64,000 nt of DNA from Squalus acanthias. Lineage: Eukaryota. Made by a program: the position numbers and the translations under genes. Shown piece by piece: positions 33,040 to 45,400 of the stretch (positions are counted from its first letter, which is position 1; each line of letters begins with the position of its first letter). Under the pieces are notes generated by a model. It was not told the origin of the DNA and did not search any database. It saw nothing but the letters and a program-made list of their open reading frames with translations. The stretch is taken from NCBI GenBank assembly GCA_030390025.1, contig CM059438.1:59460001-59524000 (forward strand), in the 5' to 3' direction.

Positions 33040-36004
33040 CCCAAAGAGTTTTACAGCCAATGAAGTATTTTTGAAGTGGAGTCACTCTGTTGTAATGTAG
33101 GAAACATGGCAGCCAATATGCGCACAGCAAGCTCCCACAAACTGCAATGTGATAATGACCAGCTTTTAGTGATGTTGATTGAGGGAAAAATATTGGCCAG
33201 GACACCGGGGAGAACTCTCCTGCTCTTCTTCGAAATAGTGCCATAGGATCTTTTATTTCCATCTGAGAGAGCAGACAGGGCCTCGGTTTAAAGTCTCATC
33301 CGAAAAGCGGCACCACCGACAGTGCAGCACTCCCTTAGTACAGCCCCTCTGACAGGGCAGCACTCCCTCAGTACTGCCTCTCCGACAGTGCAGCTCTCCC
33401 TCAGTACTGCCTCTCCGACAGTGCAACACTCCCTCAGTACTGAACCTCCAACAGTGCAACACTCCCTCAATACTGCCTCTCCGACAGTGCAGTGCTCCCT
33501 CAGTACTGCCCCTCCGAAAGTGCAGCTCTCCCTCAGTACTGCCCCTCCGACAGTGCAGCACTCCCTCAATACTGCCTCTCCGACAGTGCAGTGCTCCCTC
33601 AGTACTGCCCCTCCGACAGTGCAGCTCTCCCTCAGTACTGCCCCTCCGACAGTGCAGCACTCCCTCAGTACTGAACCTCCAACAGTGCAGCACTGCCCAA
33701 GTACAGGCCCCTCCGACAATGCAGCACTCCCTCAGTACTGCCTCTCCGACAGTGCAGCTCTCCCTCAGTACAGCCCCTCCGACAGTGCAGCACTCCCTCA
33801 GTACTGCCTCTCCACAATGCAGCTCTCCCTCAGTACAGCCCCTCCGACAGTGCAGCACTCCCTCAGTACTGCCCCTCTGACAATGCAGTGCTCCCTCACT
33901 ACTGCCCCTCCGACAGTGCAGCACTTCTTCCGTACTGCCCCTTTGACAGTGCAACACTCCCTCAGTACTGCCTCCCCGACAATGCAGTGCTCCCTCAGTA
34001 CTGCCCCTCCGACAGTGCAGCGCTCCCTCAGTACTGCCCCTCCGACAGTGCAGCACTCCCTCAGAACTACCCCTCTGACAGTGCAGCTCTCCCTCAGTAC
34101 TGCCCCTCCGACAGTGCAGCACTCCCTCAGTACTGCCTCTCTGACAGAGCAGTGCTCCCTCTGTACAGCTCCTCTGACAGTGCAGCACTCCCTCAGTACT
34201 AACCCGCCGACAGCGCAGTGCTCCCTCAGCACTATCCCTCCGACAGTGCAGCGCTCCCTCAGTACTGCCCCTCTGACAGTGCAGCGCTCCCTTAGAACTG
34301 CCCCTCTGACAGTGCAGCGCTCTCTCAGTACTGCCCCTCCGACACTGCAGCTCTCCCTTAGTACTGCCCCACCGACAGTGCAGCGCTCCCTCAATACTGC
34401 CCCTCTGACAGTGCAGCACTCCCTCAGTACTGCCTCTCTGACAGAGCAGTGCTCCCTCTGTACTGCCTCTCTGACAGAGCAGTGCTCCCTCCGTACAGCT
34501 CCTCTGACAGTGCAGCACTCCCTCAGTACTGACCCGCCGACAGCGCAGTGCTCCCTCAGCTCTATCCCTCCGACAGTGCAGCGCTCCCTCAGTACTGACC
34601 CTCCGACAGTGTGGCGCTCCCTCAGTACTGCCCCTCCGACAGTTCATCGCTCCCTCAATACTGCCCCTCTGACAGTGCAGCGCTCACTTAGTACTGCCCC
34701 TCTGACCGTGCAGCGCTCCCTCACTACTGCCTCTCTGACAGAGCAGTGCTCCCTCAGTACTGCCCCTTCGACAGTGCAGCTCTCCCTCAGTACTGCCCCT
34801 CTGACAGTGCAGCACTCCCTCAGTACTGCCTCTCTGACAGAGCAGTGCTCCCTCTGTACAGCTCCTCTGACAGTGCAGTGCTCCCTCAGCTCTATCCCTC
34901 CGACAGTGCAGCGCTCCCTCAGTACTGCCCCTCTGACAGTGCAGCGCTCCCTCAGTACTGACCCTCCGACAGTGTGGCGCTCCCTCAGTACTGCCCCTCC
35001 GACAGTTCATCGCTCCCTCAATACTGCCCCTCTGACAGTGCAGCGCTCACTTAGTACTGCCCCTCTGACCGTGCAGCGCTCCCTCACTACTGCCTCTCTG
35101 ACAGAGCAGTGCTCCCTCAGTACTGCCCCTTCGACAGTGCAGCTCCCCCTCAGTACTGCCCCTCCGACAGTGCAGCTCTCCCTCAGTACTGCCCCTCTGA
35201 CAGTGCAGCGCTCCCTCAGTACTGCCCCTCTGACACTGCAGCTCTCCCTCAGTACTGCCCCACCGACAGTGCAGCGCTCCCTCAGTACTGCCCCTCCGAC
35301 AGTGCAGCGCTCCCTCAGTACTGCCCCTCCGACAGTGCAGCACTCCCTCAGTATTGCCCCTCCGACAGTGCAGCGCTCCCTCAGTACTGCCCCTCCAACA
35401 GTGCAGCACTCCCTCAGTACTGCCCCACCGACAGTGCAGCGCTCCCTCAGTACTGCCCCTCTGACAGTGCAGCGCTCCCTCAGTACTGACCCTCCGACAG
35501 TGCAGCGCTCCCTCAGTACTGACCCTCCGACAGTGCAGCGCTCCCTCAGTACTGCCCCTCCGACAGTGCAGCGCTCCCTCAGTAGTGCCCCTCCGACAGT
35601 GCAGCGCTCCCTCAGTACTGCCCCTCCAACAGTGCAGCACTCCCTCAGTACTGCCCCTCCGACAGTGCAGCACTCCCTCAGTACTGCCCCACCGACAGTG
35701 CAGCGCTCCCTCAGTACTGCCCCTCTGACAGTGTAGCGCTCCCTCAGTACTGACCCTCCGACAGTGCAGCGCTCCCTCAGTACTGCCCCTCCGACAGTGC
35801 AGCACTCCCTCAGTACTGCCCCTCCGACAGTGCAGCGCTCCCTCAGTAGTGCCCCTTCGACAGTGCAGCGCTCCCTCAGTACTGCCCCTCCGACAGTGCA
35901 GCGCTCCCTCAGTAGTGCCCCTCCGACAGTGCAGCGCTCCCTCAGTACTGCACCTCCGACAGTGCAGTGCTCCCCAAGTAGTGCGCTGGAAGTGTCAGCC
36001 TGGA
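33040..36004 (-). mobile_element. Deu-domain SINE containing an internal tandem expansion
   Basis: SINE 3' part at 33040-33312; 5' part (CCAGGCTGACACTTCCAG on the minus strand) at ~35985-36004. Confidence 0.85.
33311..35985. repeat. 33-bp minisatellite CAGTACTGCCCCTCCGACAGTGCAGCGCTCCCT, ~80 copies
   Basis: Direct tandem repetition; 11-aa periodic pseudo-ORFs (STAPPTVQRSL). Confidence 0.97.
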
Positions 36005-36268
36005 ATAGGGTGGGAATGTTAACTCCAGGTGGAACGCGGCCTAGTGAGTGGCAGTGAGAGACTATAAGGAGCTCCCGCCTGTCTCTGAGGCAGACTGTCC
36101 ATTTGGGTCGGTTTGAGCCTGTTACCCTGCGTCGTTAGGGAATGCCCGACCGAGCTGATGCAGCAACCTTACTGCCCGCCAAGAGGAGAGACCTTCACCC
36201 CATTGGCTTCCACCCAACTGAAATCCCCACACACCCAGGCAGAGTCTTGTGGGAATATTGTGGGAAAG

Positions 36269-39019
36269 TTCTTTTTATTCGTTTATGGGATGTGGGTGTC
36301 GCTGGCAAGGCCAGCCTTTATTGACCATCCCTAATTGCCCTTGAGAAGGTGGTGGTGAGCCGTCGCCTTGAACCACTGCAGTCCATGTGGTGAAGGTACT
36401 CCCACAGTGCTGTTAGGGAGGGAGTTCCAGGATTTTGACCCAGCGACGATGAAGAAACAGCGATATACTTCTAAGTCAGGATGGTGTGTGACTTGGAGGG
36501 GATCTTGGAGGTGGTGGTGTTCCCATGCGCCTGCTGCCCTTGTCCTTCTAGGTGGAAGAGGTCGCGGGTTTGGGAGGTGCTGCCGAAGAAGCCTTGGCGA
36601 GTTGCTGCAGTGCATCTTGTAGATGGTACACACTGCAGCCACAGTACGCCGGTGGTGGAGGGAGTGAATGTTTAAGGTGGTAGATGGGGTGCCAATCAAG
36701 CGAGCTGCTTTGTCCTGGATGGTGTCGAGCTTCTTGAGTGTTGTTGGAGCTGCACTCATCCAGGCAAGTGGAGAGTATTCCATCACACTCCTGACTTGTG
36801 CCTTGTAGATGGTGGAAAGGCTTTGGTGAGTCAGGAGGTGAGACACTCGCCGCAGAATACCCAGCCTATGACCTGCTCTTGTTGCCACAGTATTTATGTG
36901 GCTGGTCCAGTTCAGTTTCTGGTCAATGGTAACCCCCAGGATGTTGATGGTGGAGGATTCGGCAATGGTAATGCCATTGAATGTCAAGGGGCAGTGGTTA
37001 GACTCTCGCTTGTTGGAGATAGTCATTGCCTGGCACTTCTGTGGCGCAAATGTTACCTGCCACTTATCAGCCCAAGCCTAAGCGTCGTCCAGGTCTTGTT
37101 GCATGTGACCATGGACTGCTTCATTATCTGAGGAGTTGTGAATGGCACTGAACACTGTGCAGTCATCAGCGAACATCCCCATTTCTGACCTTATGTTGGA
37201 GGGAAGGTCATTGATGAAGCAGCTGAAGATGGTTGGGCCTAGGACACTGCCCTGAGGAACTCCAGCAGCGATGTCCTGGGGCTGTGATGATTGACCTTCA
37301 ATCACCACAACCATCTTCCTTTGTGCTAGGTATGACTCCAGCCAGTGGAGATTTTTCCCCCCCGATTTCCATTGACTTCAGTTTTACTCGGGCTCCTTGA
37401 TGCCACACTCGGTTAAATGCTGCAGTTACACTCATCTCTCATCTCTCCTCTGAAATTCAGCTCCTTTGTCCATGTTTGGACCAAGGCTGTAATGAGGTCG
37501 GCAGCCGAGTGGTTTTGGCGGAACCCAAACTGGGCATCAGTGAGCAGGTTATTGGTGAGTAAGTGCCGCTTGATAGCACTGTCAACGACACCTTCCATCA
37601 CTTTGCTGATGATTGAGAGTAGACTGATGGTGCGGTAATTGGCCGGATTGGATTTGTCCTGCTTTTTGTGGACAGGACATACCTGGGCAGTTTTCCACAT
37701 TGTTGGATAGATGCCAGTGTTGTAGCTGTACTGGAACAGCTTGGCTAGAGGCGCGGCTGGTTCTGGAGCACAAGTCTTCAGCATGATAGCCGGGATGTTG
37801 TCGGGGCCCATAGCCTTTGCTGTATCCAGTGCGCTCAGCCGTTTCTTGATATCACGTGGAGTGAATCGAATTGGCTGAAGACTGGCTTCTGTGATGGTGG
37901 GGACCTCAGGAGGAGGCCAATATGGATCATCCACTCGGCACTTCTGGCTGAAGATGGTTGCAAATGCTTCAGCCTTGTCTTTTGCACTCACATGCTGGGC
38001 TCCACCATCATTGAGGATAGGGATATTCATGGAGCCTCCTCCTCCCGTTAGTTGTTTAATGGTCCACCACCATTCACGACTGGATGTGGCAGGACTGCAG
38101 AGCTTTGATCTGATCCGTTGATTGTGGGATCGTTTAGCCCTGTCTATAGCATGCTGCTTCCGCTTTTTAGCATGCATGTAGTCCTGTGTTGCAGCTTCCC
38201 CAGGTTGGCACCTCATTTTTAGGTACGCCTGGTGCTGCTCCTGGCATGCTCTTCTGCACTCCTCATTGAAACAGGTTTGGTCCCCTGGCTTGATGGTAAT
38301 GGTAGAGTGAGTGATATGCCGGGCCATGAGGTTACAGATTGTGGTGGAATACAATTCTGCTGCTGCTGATGGTCCACAGCGCCTCATGGATGCCCAGTTT
38401 TGAGCTGCTAGATCTCTTCTGAATCTATCCCATTTAGCACGGTGGTAGTGCCACACAACACGATGGAGGGTATCCTCAGTGTGAAGACGGGACTTCGTCT
38501 CCACAATGACTGTGTGGTGGTCACTGCTACCAATCCTGTCATGGACAGATGCATTTGCGACAGGTAGATTGGTGAGGACGAGGTCAAGTAGGTTTTTTCC
38601 CTCATGTTGGTTCTCTCACCATCTGTCACAGGCCCAGACTGGCAGTTATGTCCTTCAGGACTCGGCCAGCTCGGTCAGTAGTGGTGCTACCGAGCCACTC
38701 TTGGTGATGGACATTGAAGTCCCCCACCCAGAGTACATTCTGTGCCTTTGCTACTCTCAGTCCTTCTTCCAAGTGGTGTTCAACATGGAGGAGTACTGAT
38801 TCATCAGCTGAGGGAGGGCAGTAGGTGGTAATCAGCAGGAGGTTTCCTTGCCCATGCTTGACCTGAAGCCATGAGACTTCATGGGGTATGGAGTCAATGT
38901 TGAGGACTCCCAGGGCCACTCCTTCACGACTGTATACCACAGTGCCGCCACCCCTGGTGGGTCTGTCCTGCCGGTGGGACAGGACATACCCAGGGATGGT
39001 GATGGAGGAGTTTGGGACA
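36269..39019 (-). mobile_element. CR1/L2-group LINE (different family), ORF2 pseudogene; resumes at 42208-42240
   Basis: APE (WVGDFNVHHQEWLGS), KAMGPDNIP, NYRTISLLS, GVPQGSVLGP, FADD, LDTIQDKAARLI; several frameshifts. Confidence 0.88.
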
Positions 39020-39079
39020 ACAACAGAAAACGCTGGAAAAACTCAGCAGGCCAGGCAGCATCCATGTAGAGAGAAAGAG

Positions 39080-39116
39080 AGTTAACGTTTCAGGTCGATG
39101 ACCTTTCGTCAGAACT
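39080..39116 (-). ncRNA. Minimal type I hammerhead ribozyme (Penelope pLTR)
   Basis: AGTT-CTGACGA-A-AGGTC-ATC-GACCT-GAAAC-GTT-AACT: conserved core, stem II, palindromic ACGT stem III, AGTT/AACT stem I. Confidence 0.8.
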
Positions 39117-39385
39117 GTGAAGAGCCGGAAATCAAATAGATTTAAGGCCAGAGTAAAGCTGGGAAAAGGGGGAGGGGATAAAAGAACAAAGGGGGAGATG
39201 AAGGGACATTAAGAGATATGCAAGGCTAGAGGTGGTGTTAATGTGACAGATTAAGGCTGAAAGAAGTGTGAAATCCACTGGCAGAATGAAGGACAGCTGC
39301 CAGCTTCTAGGAGGAAAAAAAAGGTGGGGGGGGGGGCAAATAAAAGGGTGGAAAAAATAAAATATAAATGTGATTGGAGCTGAGG

Positions 39386-41755
39386 TTATGATCTAAAATT
39401 GTTGAACTCGATATTGAGTCCAGAGGGCTGTAGCGTGCCTAAACGAAAGATGAGGTGCTGTTCCTCGAGCTTACGCTGCGCTTCCGTGGAACAGTGTAAT
39501 CGGCCGAGGACGGTGAGGTCAGAGTGGGAGTGAAGCAGTGAATTAAAGTGACAGGCCACCGGGAGCTCGGGGTCCCCCTTACGGACTGAACGGAGGTGTT
39601 CCGCAAAGCGGTCACCCAATCTACGTTTGGTCTCCCCAATGTAGAGGAGACCACATCGTGAGCAGCGAATACAGTATACTAAATTGCAGGAAGTACAAGT
39701 AAATCACTGTTTCACCTGGAAGGGGTGTTTGGGGCCCTGGACAGTGGGAAGAGGGGAGGTGTAAGGGCATGTGTTGCATCTCCTGCGCGTGCACGGGAAG
39801 GTGCCGGGCGAAGGGGAAGGGGTGCTGGGGGTGGTAGAGGAGTGGACTAGGGTGTCGCGGAGGGAGCGGTCCCTGCAGAATGCTGAAAGGGGAGGTGAGG
39901 GGAAGATGTGTTTGGTGGTGGGATCACGCTGGAGGTGGCGGAAATGGCGGAGGATGATCCGTTGAATGTGGAGGCTGGTGGGGTGAAAGGTGAGGACAAG
40001 GGGAACCCTATCGTGGTTCCGGGAGGGAGGGGCAGGGGTGAGGGCAGAAGTGCGGGAGATAGAACGGACACGGTCGAGGGCCGTGTCGACCACGGTAGAG
40101 GGGAATCCTCGGTTGAGGAAAAAGGAAGACATGTCGGAAGCACTGGTATGGAAGGTGGCATCATCAGAGCAGATGCGGCGGAGACGGAGAAACTGGGAGA
40201 ATGGAATAGAGTCCTTACAGGAGGCGGGGTGGGAGGAAGTGTAGTCCAGGTAGCTGTGGGAGTCAGTGGGCTTGTAGTGAATGTTAGTCAATAACCTATC
40301 CCCAGAGATGGAGATGGAGAAGTCGAGGAAGGGAAGGGAAGAGTCGGAGATGGACCATGTGAAGGTGAGGGAAGGGTGGAAATTGGAAGCATAGTGAATG
40401 AAATGTTCTAGTTCAGGGCGAGAGCAGGAGACGGCACCGATACAGTCATCAATGTACTGGAAAAAGAGGTGAGGGAGGGGACCCGAGTAGGACTGGAACA
40501 AAGAGTGTTCCACATATCCCACGAAAAGGCAGGCATAGCTAGGACCCATGCGGGTACCCATAGCAACATCTTTAATTTGGAGGAAATGGGTAGAGTCAAA
40601 GGAGAAGTTGTTCAATGTGAGAACAAGTTCAGCCAGGCGGAGGAGGGTGGTGGTGGATGGGGACTGGTTGGGCCTCTGTTCAAGGAAGAAGCGGAGCGCC
40701 CTCAGGCCATCCTGGTGGGGAATGGAGGTGTAGAGGGATTGTACGTCCATAGTGAAGAGGAGACGGTTGGGGCCGGGAAACTGGAAACTGTTAAAATGGC
40801 GGAGGGCATCGGAAGAATCGCGGATGTAGGTGGGAAGAGACTGGACAAGGGGAGAAAAAATAGAGTCGAGATAGGAAGAGATAAGTTCCGTGGGGCAAGA
40901 ACAGGCTGAAACGATGGGTCTACCGGGGCAGTCCTGTTTGTGGATCTTGGGAAGGAGGTAGAAGCGGGCTGTGCGCGGTTGGGGAACTATGAGGTTGGCG
41001 GCCGTGGGGGGAAGATCTCCAGAGGAGATGAGGTCAGTGACGGTCTTGGACACGGTGGCTTGATGTTCAGTAGTGGGGTCATGGTCCAGGTGGAGGTAGG
41101 AGGAGGTGTCAGAGAGTTGGAGTTCAACTTCCGCTAGGTAGAGGTCGGTTCGCCAAACAACAACAGCGCCACCCTTGTCAGCAGGTTTAATGACAATGTC
41201 AGGGTTGGATCGGAGAGAATGGAGTGCTGCAAGTTCAGAGGGAGGTAGGTTGGAGTGAGTGAGGGGAGCAGAGAAATTGAGCTGGCCGATGTCACGGCGG
41301 CAGTTAGCAATGAAAAGATCTAGAGAGGGTAAGAGGCCAGAGGGAGGGGTCCAGGTGGAACGAGAATTCTGAAAGCGGGAGAAAGGGTCAGCTGTGCGGG
41401 GGGAAGACTCCTGGCCAGAGAAGTGGGCACGGAGACGGAGGCGGCGGAAAAAGAGCTCAGCATCGTGCCGAGCTCGAAATTCATTGAGATGGGGGCGTAA
41501 GGGGATGAAGGTCAGGCCTTTGCTGAGGACTGATCGTTCGGAGTCAGAGAGGGGAAGGTCAGAGGGGATAGTGAAAACGCGGCAGGGGGTGAGATTGGGA
41601 GAAGGGGGGTCAGAGGAAAGTGAAGGGGAAGAAGGTTCCGGAGGGGCGTTAGTGTCCGAGAGTTGTTGAAGCTTGCGATCCTTGACATCGGAAAGGAAGA
41701 AGAAAAGTTTTTTGTTGAAGCGTCGGATGAGTCTAAGGATGAAATGGAAAAAACT
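39386..41755 (-). pseudogene. Penelope RT + GIY-YIG endonuclease ORF with an in-frame TGA at 39704-39706
   Basis: IKPADKGGAVVVW, LPKIHK..PGRPIVS, TMDVQSLYT, MGTRMGPSYA, YIDD, then VYCIRC...LYIGETKRRLGDRFAEH; upstream limit approximate. Confidence 0.9.
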
Positions 41756-42070
41756 TTGGACTCAATATCGAGTTCAACAATTTTAGATCATAACCTCAGC
41801 TCCAATCACATTTATATTTTATTTTTTCCACCCTTTTATTTGCCCCCCCCCCACCTTTTTTTTCCTCCTAGAAGCTGGCAGCTGTCCTTCATTCTGCCAG
41901 TGGATTTCACACTTCTTTCAGCCTTAATCTGTCACATTAACACCACCTCTAGCCTTGCATATCTCTTAATGTCTCTTAATGTCTCTCATCTCCCCCTTTG
42001 TTCTTTTATCCCCTCCCCCTTTTCCCAGCTTTACTCTGGCCTTAAATCTATTTGATTTCCGGCTCTTCAC

Positions 42071-42107
42071 AGTTCTGACGAAAGGTCATCGACCTGAAAC
42101 GTTAACT
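42071..42107 (+). ncRNA. Minimal type I hammerhead ribozyme, inverted copy
   Basis: Same motif on the plus strand. Confidence 0.8.
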
Positions 42108-42240
42108 CTCTTTCTCTCTCCACGGATGCTGCCTGGCCTGCTGAGTTTTTCCAGCGTTTTCTGTTGTTGTTGTTTCAGATTACCAGCATCCGCAGTATTT
42201 TGCTATCGAGGAGTTTGGGACAGTGGCTGAAAGGTATGAT

Positions 42241-42440
42241 NNNNNNNNNNNNNNNNNNNNNNNNNNNNNNNNNNNNNNNNNNNNNNNNNNNNNNNNNNNN
42301 NNNNNNNNNNNNNNNNNNNNNNNNNNNNNNNNNNNNNNNNNNNNNNNNNNNNNNNNNNNNNNNNNNNNNNNNNNNNNNNNNNNNNNNNNNNNNNNNNNNN
42401 NNNNNNNNNNNNNNNNNNNNNNNNNNNNNNNNNNNNNNNN
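42241..42440. other. Assembly gap (200 N)
   Basis: Run of n characters. Confidence 1.
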
Positions 42441-45400
42441 CTGTGGAACTGTACCCCAGTGAGAGTCAGTGTCTGTGGAACTGTACCCCAGTGAGAGTCA
42501 GGGCCTGTGGAACTGTACCCCAGTGAGAGTCAGTGTCTGTGGAACTTTACCCCAGTGAGAGTCAGGGCCTGTGGAACTGTATCCCAGTGAGATTCAGCAT
42601 GTGTGTAACTTAACCCCAGTGAGAGTCGTGCCTGTGGAACTGTACCCCAGTGAGAGTCAGGGCCTGTGGAACTGTACCCCAGTGAGAGTCAGTGCCTGCG
42701 GAACTGTACCCCAGTGAGAGTCAGTGCCTGCGGAATTGTACCCCAGTAAGGAGTCAGCATCTGTGGAACTGTCCCCCAGTGAGAGTCAGCATATGTGGAA
42801 CTGTTCCCCAGTAAGGAGTCAGCATCTGTGGAACTGTACCCCAGTAAGGAGTCCGCATCTGTGGAACTGAACCCCAGTGAGAGTCAGTACCTGTGGAACT
42901 GTACCCCAGTGAGACTCAGGGCCTGTGGAAATGTACCCCAGTGAGATTCAGCGTGTGTGTAACTTTACCGCAGTGAGAGTCGTGCCTGTGGAACTGTACC
43001 CCAGTGACAGTCAGGGCCTGTGGAACTGTACCCCAGTGAGAGTCAGGGCCTGTGGAACTGTACCCCAGTGAGAGTCAGGGCCTGTGGAACTGTACCCCAG
43101 TGAGAGTCAGGGCCTGTGGAACTGTACCCCAGTGAGAGTCAGTGCCTGTGGAACTGTACCCCAGTGAGAGTCAGGGCCTGTGGAACTGTACCCCAGTGAG
43201 AGTCAGTGTCTCTGGAACTGTACCCCAGTGAGAGTCAGGGCCTGTGGAACTGTACCCCAGTGAGATTCAGCATGTGTGTAACTTTACCCCAGTGAGAGTC
43301 ATGTCTGTGGTGTGGAACTGTACCCCAGTGACAGTCAGGGCCTGTGGAACTGTACCCCAGTGAGAGTCAGTGCCTGTGGAACTGTACACCAGTGAGATTC
43401 AGCGTGTGTGTAACTTTACCCCAGTGAGAGTCGTGCCTGTGGAACTGTACCCCAGTGACAGTCAGGGCCTGTGGAACTGTACCCCAGTGAGAGTCAGGGC
43501 CTGTGGAACTGTACCCCAGTGAGAGTCAGGGCCAGTGGAACTGTACCCCAGTGAGAGTCAGGGCCTGTGGAACTGTACCCCAGTGAGAGTCAGTGTCTGT
43601 GGAACTGTACCCCAGTGAGAGTCAGGGCCTGTGGAACTGTACCCCAGTGAGAGTCAGTGTCTCTGGAACTGTACCCCAGTGAGAGTCAGGGCCTGTGGAA
43701 CTGTACCCCAGTGAGATTCAGCGTGTGTGTAACTGTACCCCAGTGAGAGTCGTGCCTGTGGTGTGGAACTGTACCCCAGTGAGAGTCAGTGCCTGCGGAA
43801 CTGTACCCCAGTAAGGAGTCAGCATCTGTGGAACTGTACCCCAGTGAGAGTCAGCATATGTGGAACTGTACCCCAGTAAGGAGTCAGCATCTGTGGAACT
43901 GAGCCCCAGTGTGAGTCAGTACCTGTGGAACTGTACCCCAGTGAGAGTCAGTGCCTGTGGAACTGTACCCCAGTGAATGTCAGTGTCTGTGGAACTGTAC
44001 CCCAGTGAGAGTCAGTGTTTGTGGAACTGTACCCCAGTGAGAGTCAGTGTTTGTGGAACTCTACCCTCGTGAGAGTCAGTGTCTGTGGAACTGCACACCA
44101 GTGAGAGTCAGTGCCTGTGGAACTGTACCCCAGTGAGAGTCAGGGCCTGTGGAACTGTACCCCAGTGAGAGTCGGGGCCTGTGGAACTGTACCCCAGTGA
44201 GAGTCAGGGCATGTGGAACTGTACCCCAGTGAGAGTCAGTGCCTGTGGAACTGTACCCCAGTGAGATTCAGCGTGTGTGGCACTTTACCCCAGTGAGAGT
44301 CGTGCCTGTGGAACTGTACTCCAGTGAGAGTCAGGGCCTGTGCAACTGTACCCCAGTGAGTGTCAGGGCCTGTGGAACTGTACCCCAGTGAGATTCAGCG
44401 TGTGTGGCACTTTACCCCAGTGAGAGTCGTGCCTGTGGAACTGCACCCCAGTGAGAGTCAGGGCCTGTGGAACTGTACCCCAGTGAGAGTCAGTGTCTGT
44501 GGAACTGTACCCCAGTGAGAGTCAGCATATGTGGAACTGTACCCCAGTAAGGATTCCGCATCTGTGGAACTGAACCCCAGTGAGAGTCAGTACCTGTGGA
44601 ACTGTACCCCAGTGAGAGTCAGTGTCTGTGGAAATGTACCCCAGTGAGATTCAGCGTGTGTGTAACTTTACCCCAGTGAGAGTCGTGCCTGTGGAACTGT
44701 ACCCCAGTGACAGTCAGGGCCTGTGGAACTGTACCCCAGTGAGAGTCAGGGCCTGTTGAACTGTACCCCAGTGAGAGTCAGGGCCTCTGGAACTGAACCC
44801 CAGTGAGAGTCAGGGCCTGTGGAACTGTACCCCAGTGAGAGTCAGTGTCTGTGGAACTGTACCCCAGTGAGAGTCAGGGCCTGTGGAACTGTACCCCAGT
44901 GAGAGTCAGTGTCTGTGGAACTTTACCCCAGTGAGAGTCAGGGCCTGTGGAACTGTATCCCAGTGAGATTCAGCATGTGTGTAACTTAACCCCAGTGAGA
45001 GTCGTGCCTGTGGAACTGTACCCCAGTGAGAGTCAGGGCCTGTGGAACTGTACCCCAGTGAGAGTCAGTGCCTGCGGAACTGTACCCCAGTGAGAGTCAG
45101 TGCCTGCGGAATTGTACCCCAGTAAGGAGTCAGCATCTGTGGAACTGTCCCCCAGTGAGAGTCAGCATATGTGGAACTGTTCCCCAGTAAGGAGTCAGCA
45201 TCTGTGGAACTGTACCCCAGTAAGGAGTCCGCATCTATGGAACTGAACCCCAGTGAGAGTCAGTACCTGTGGAACTGTACCCCAGTGAGACTCAGGGCCT
45301 GTGGAAATGTACCCCAGTGAGATTCAGCGTGTGTGTAACTTTACCGCAGTGAGAGCCGTGCCTGTGGAACTGTACCCCAGTGACAGTCAGGGCCTGTGGA

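Larger units (their letters stand above)
39020..42207 (-). mobile_element. Penelope-like element, 5'-truncated, with ~400-bp inverted terminal repeats
   Basis: 15-bp TSD GAGGAGTTTGGGACA (39005-19, 42208-22); 39020-39422 is the reverse complement of ~41757-42167. Confidence 0.92.

Noticed and set aside
33322..35736. 804-aa Ser/Thr/Pro-rich ORF resembling a mucin (and antisense Cys/Arg-rich ORFs)
   Set aside because: Translation of a 33-bp SINE-derived tandem repeat; no signal peptide or unique domain
42208..42470. LINE-satellite junction as a biological boundary
   Set aside because: Separated by a fixed-size 200-N gap, so true adjacency and distance are unknown
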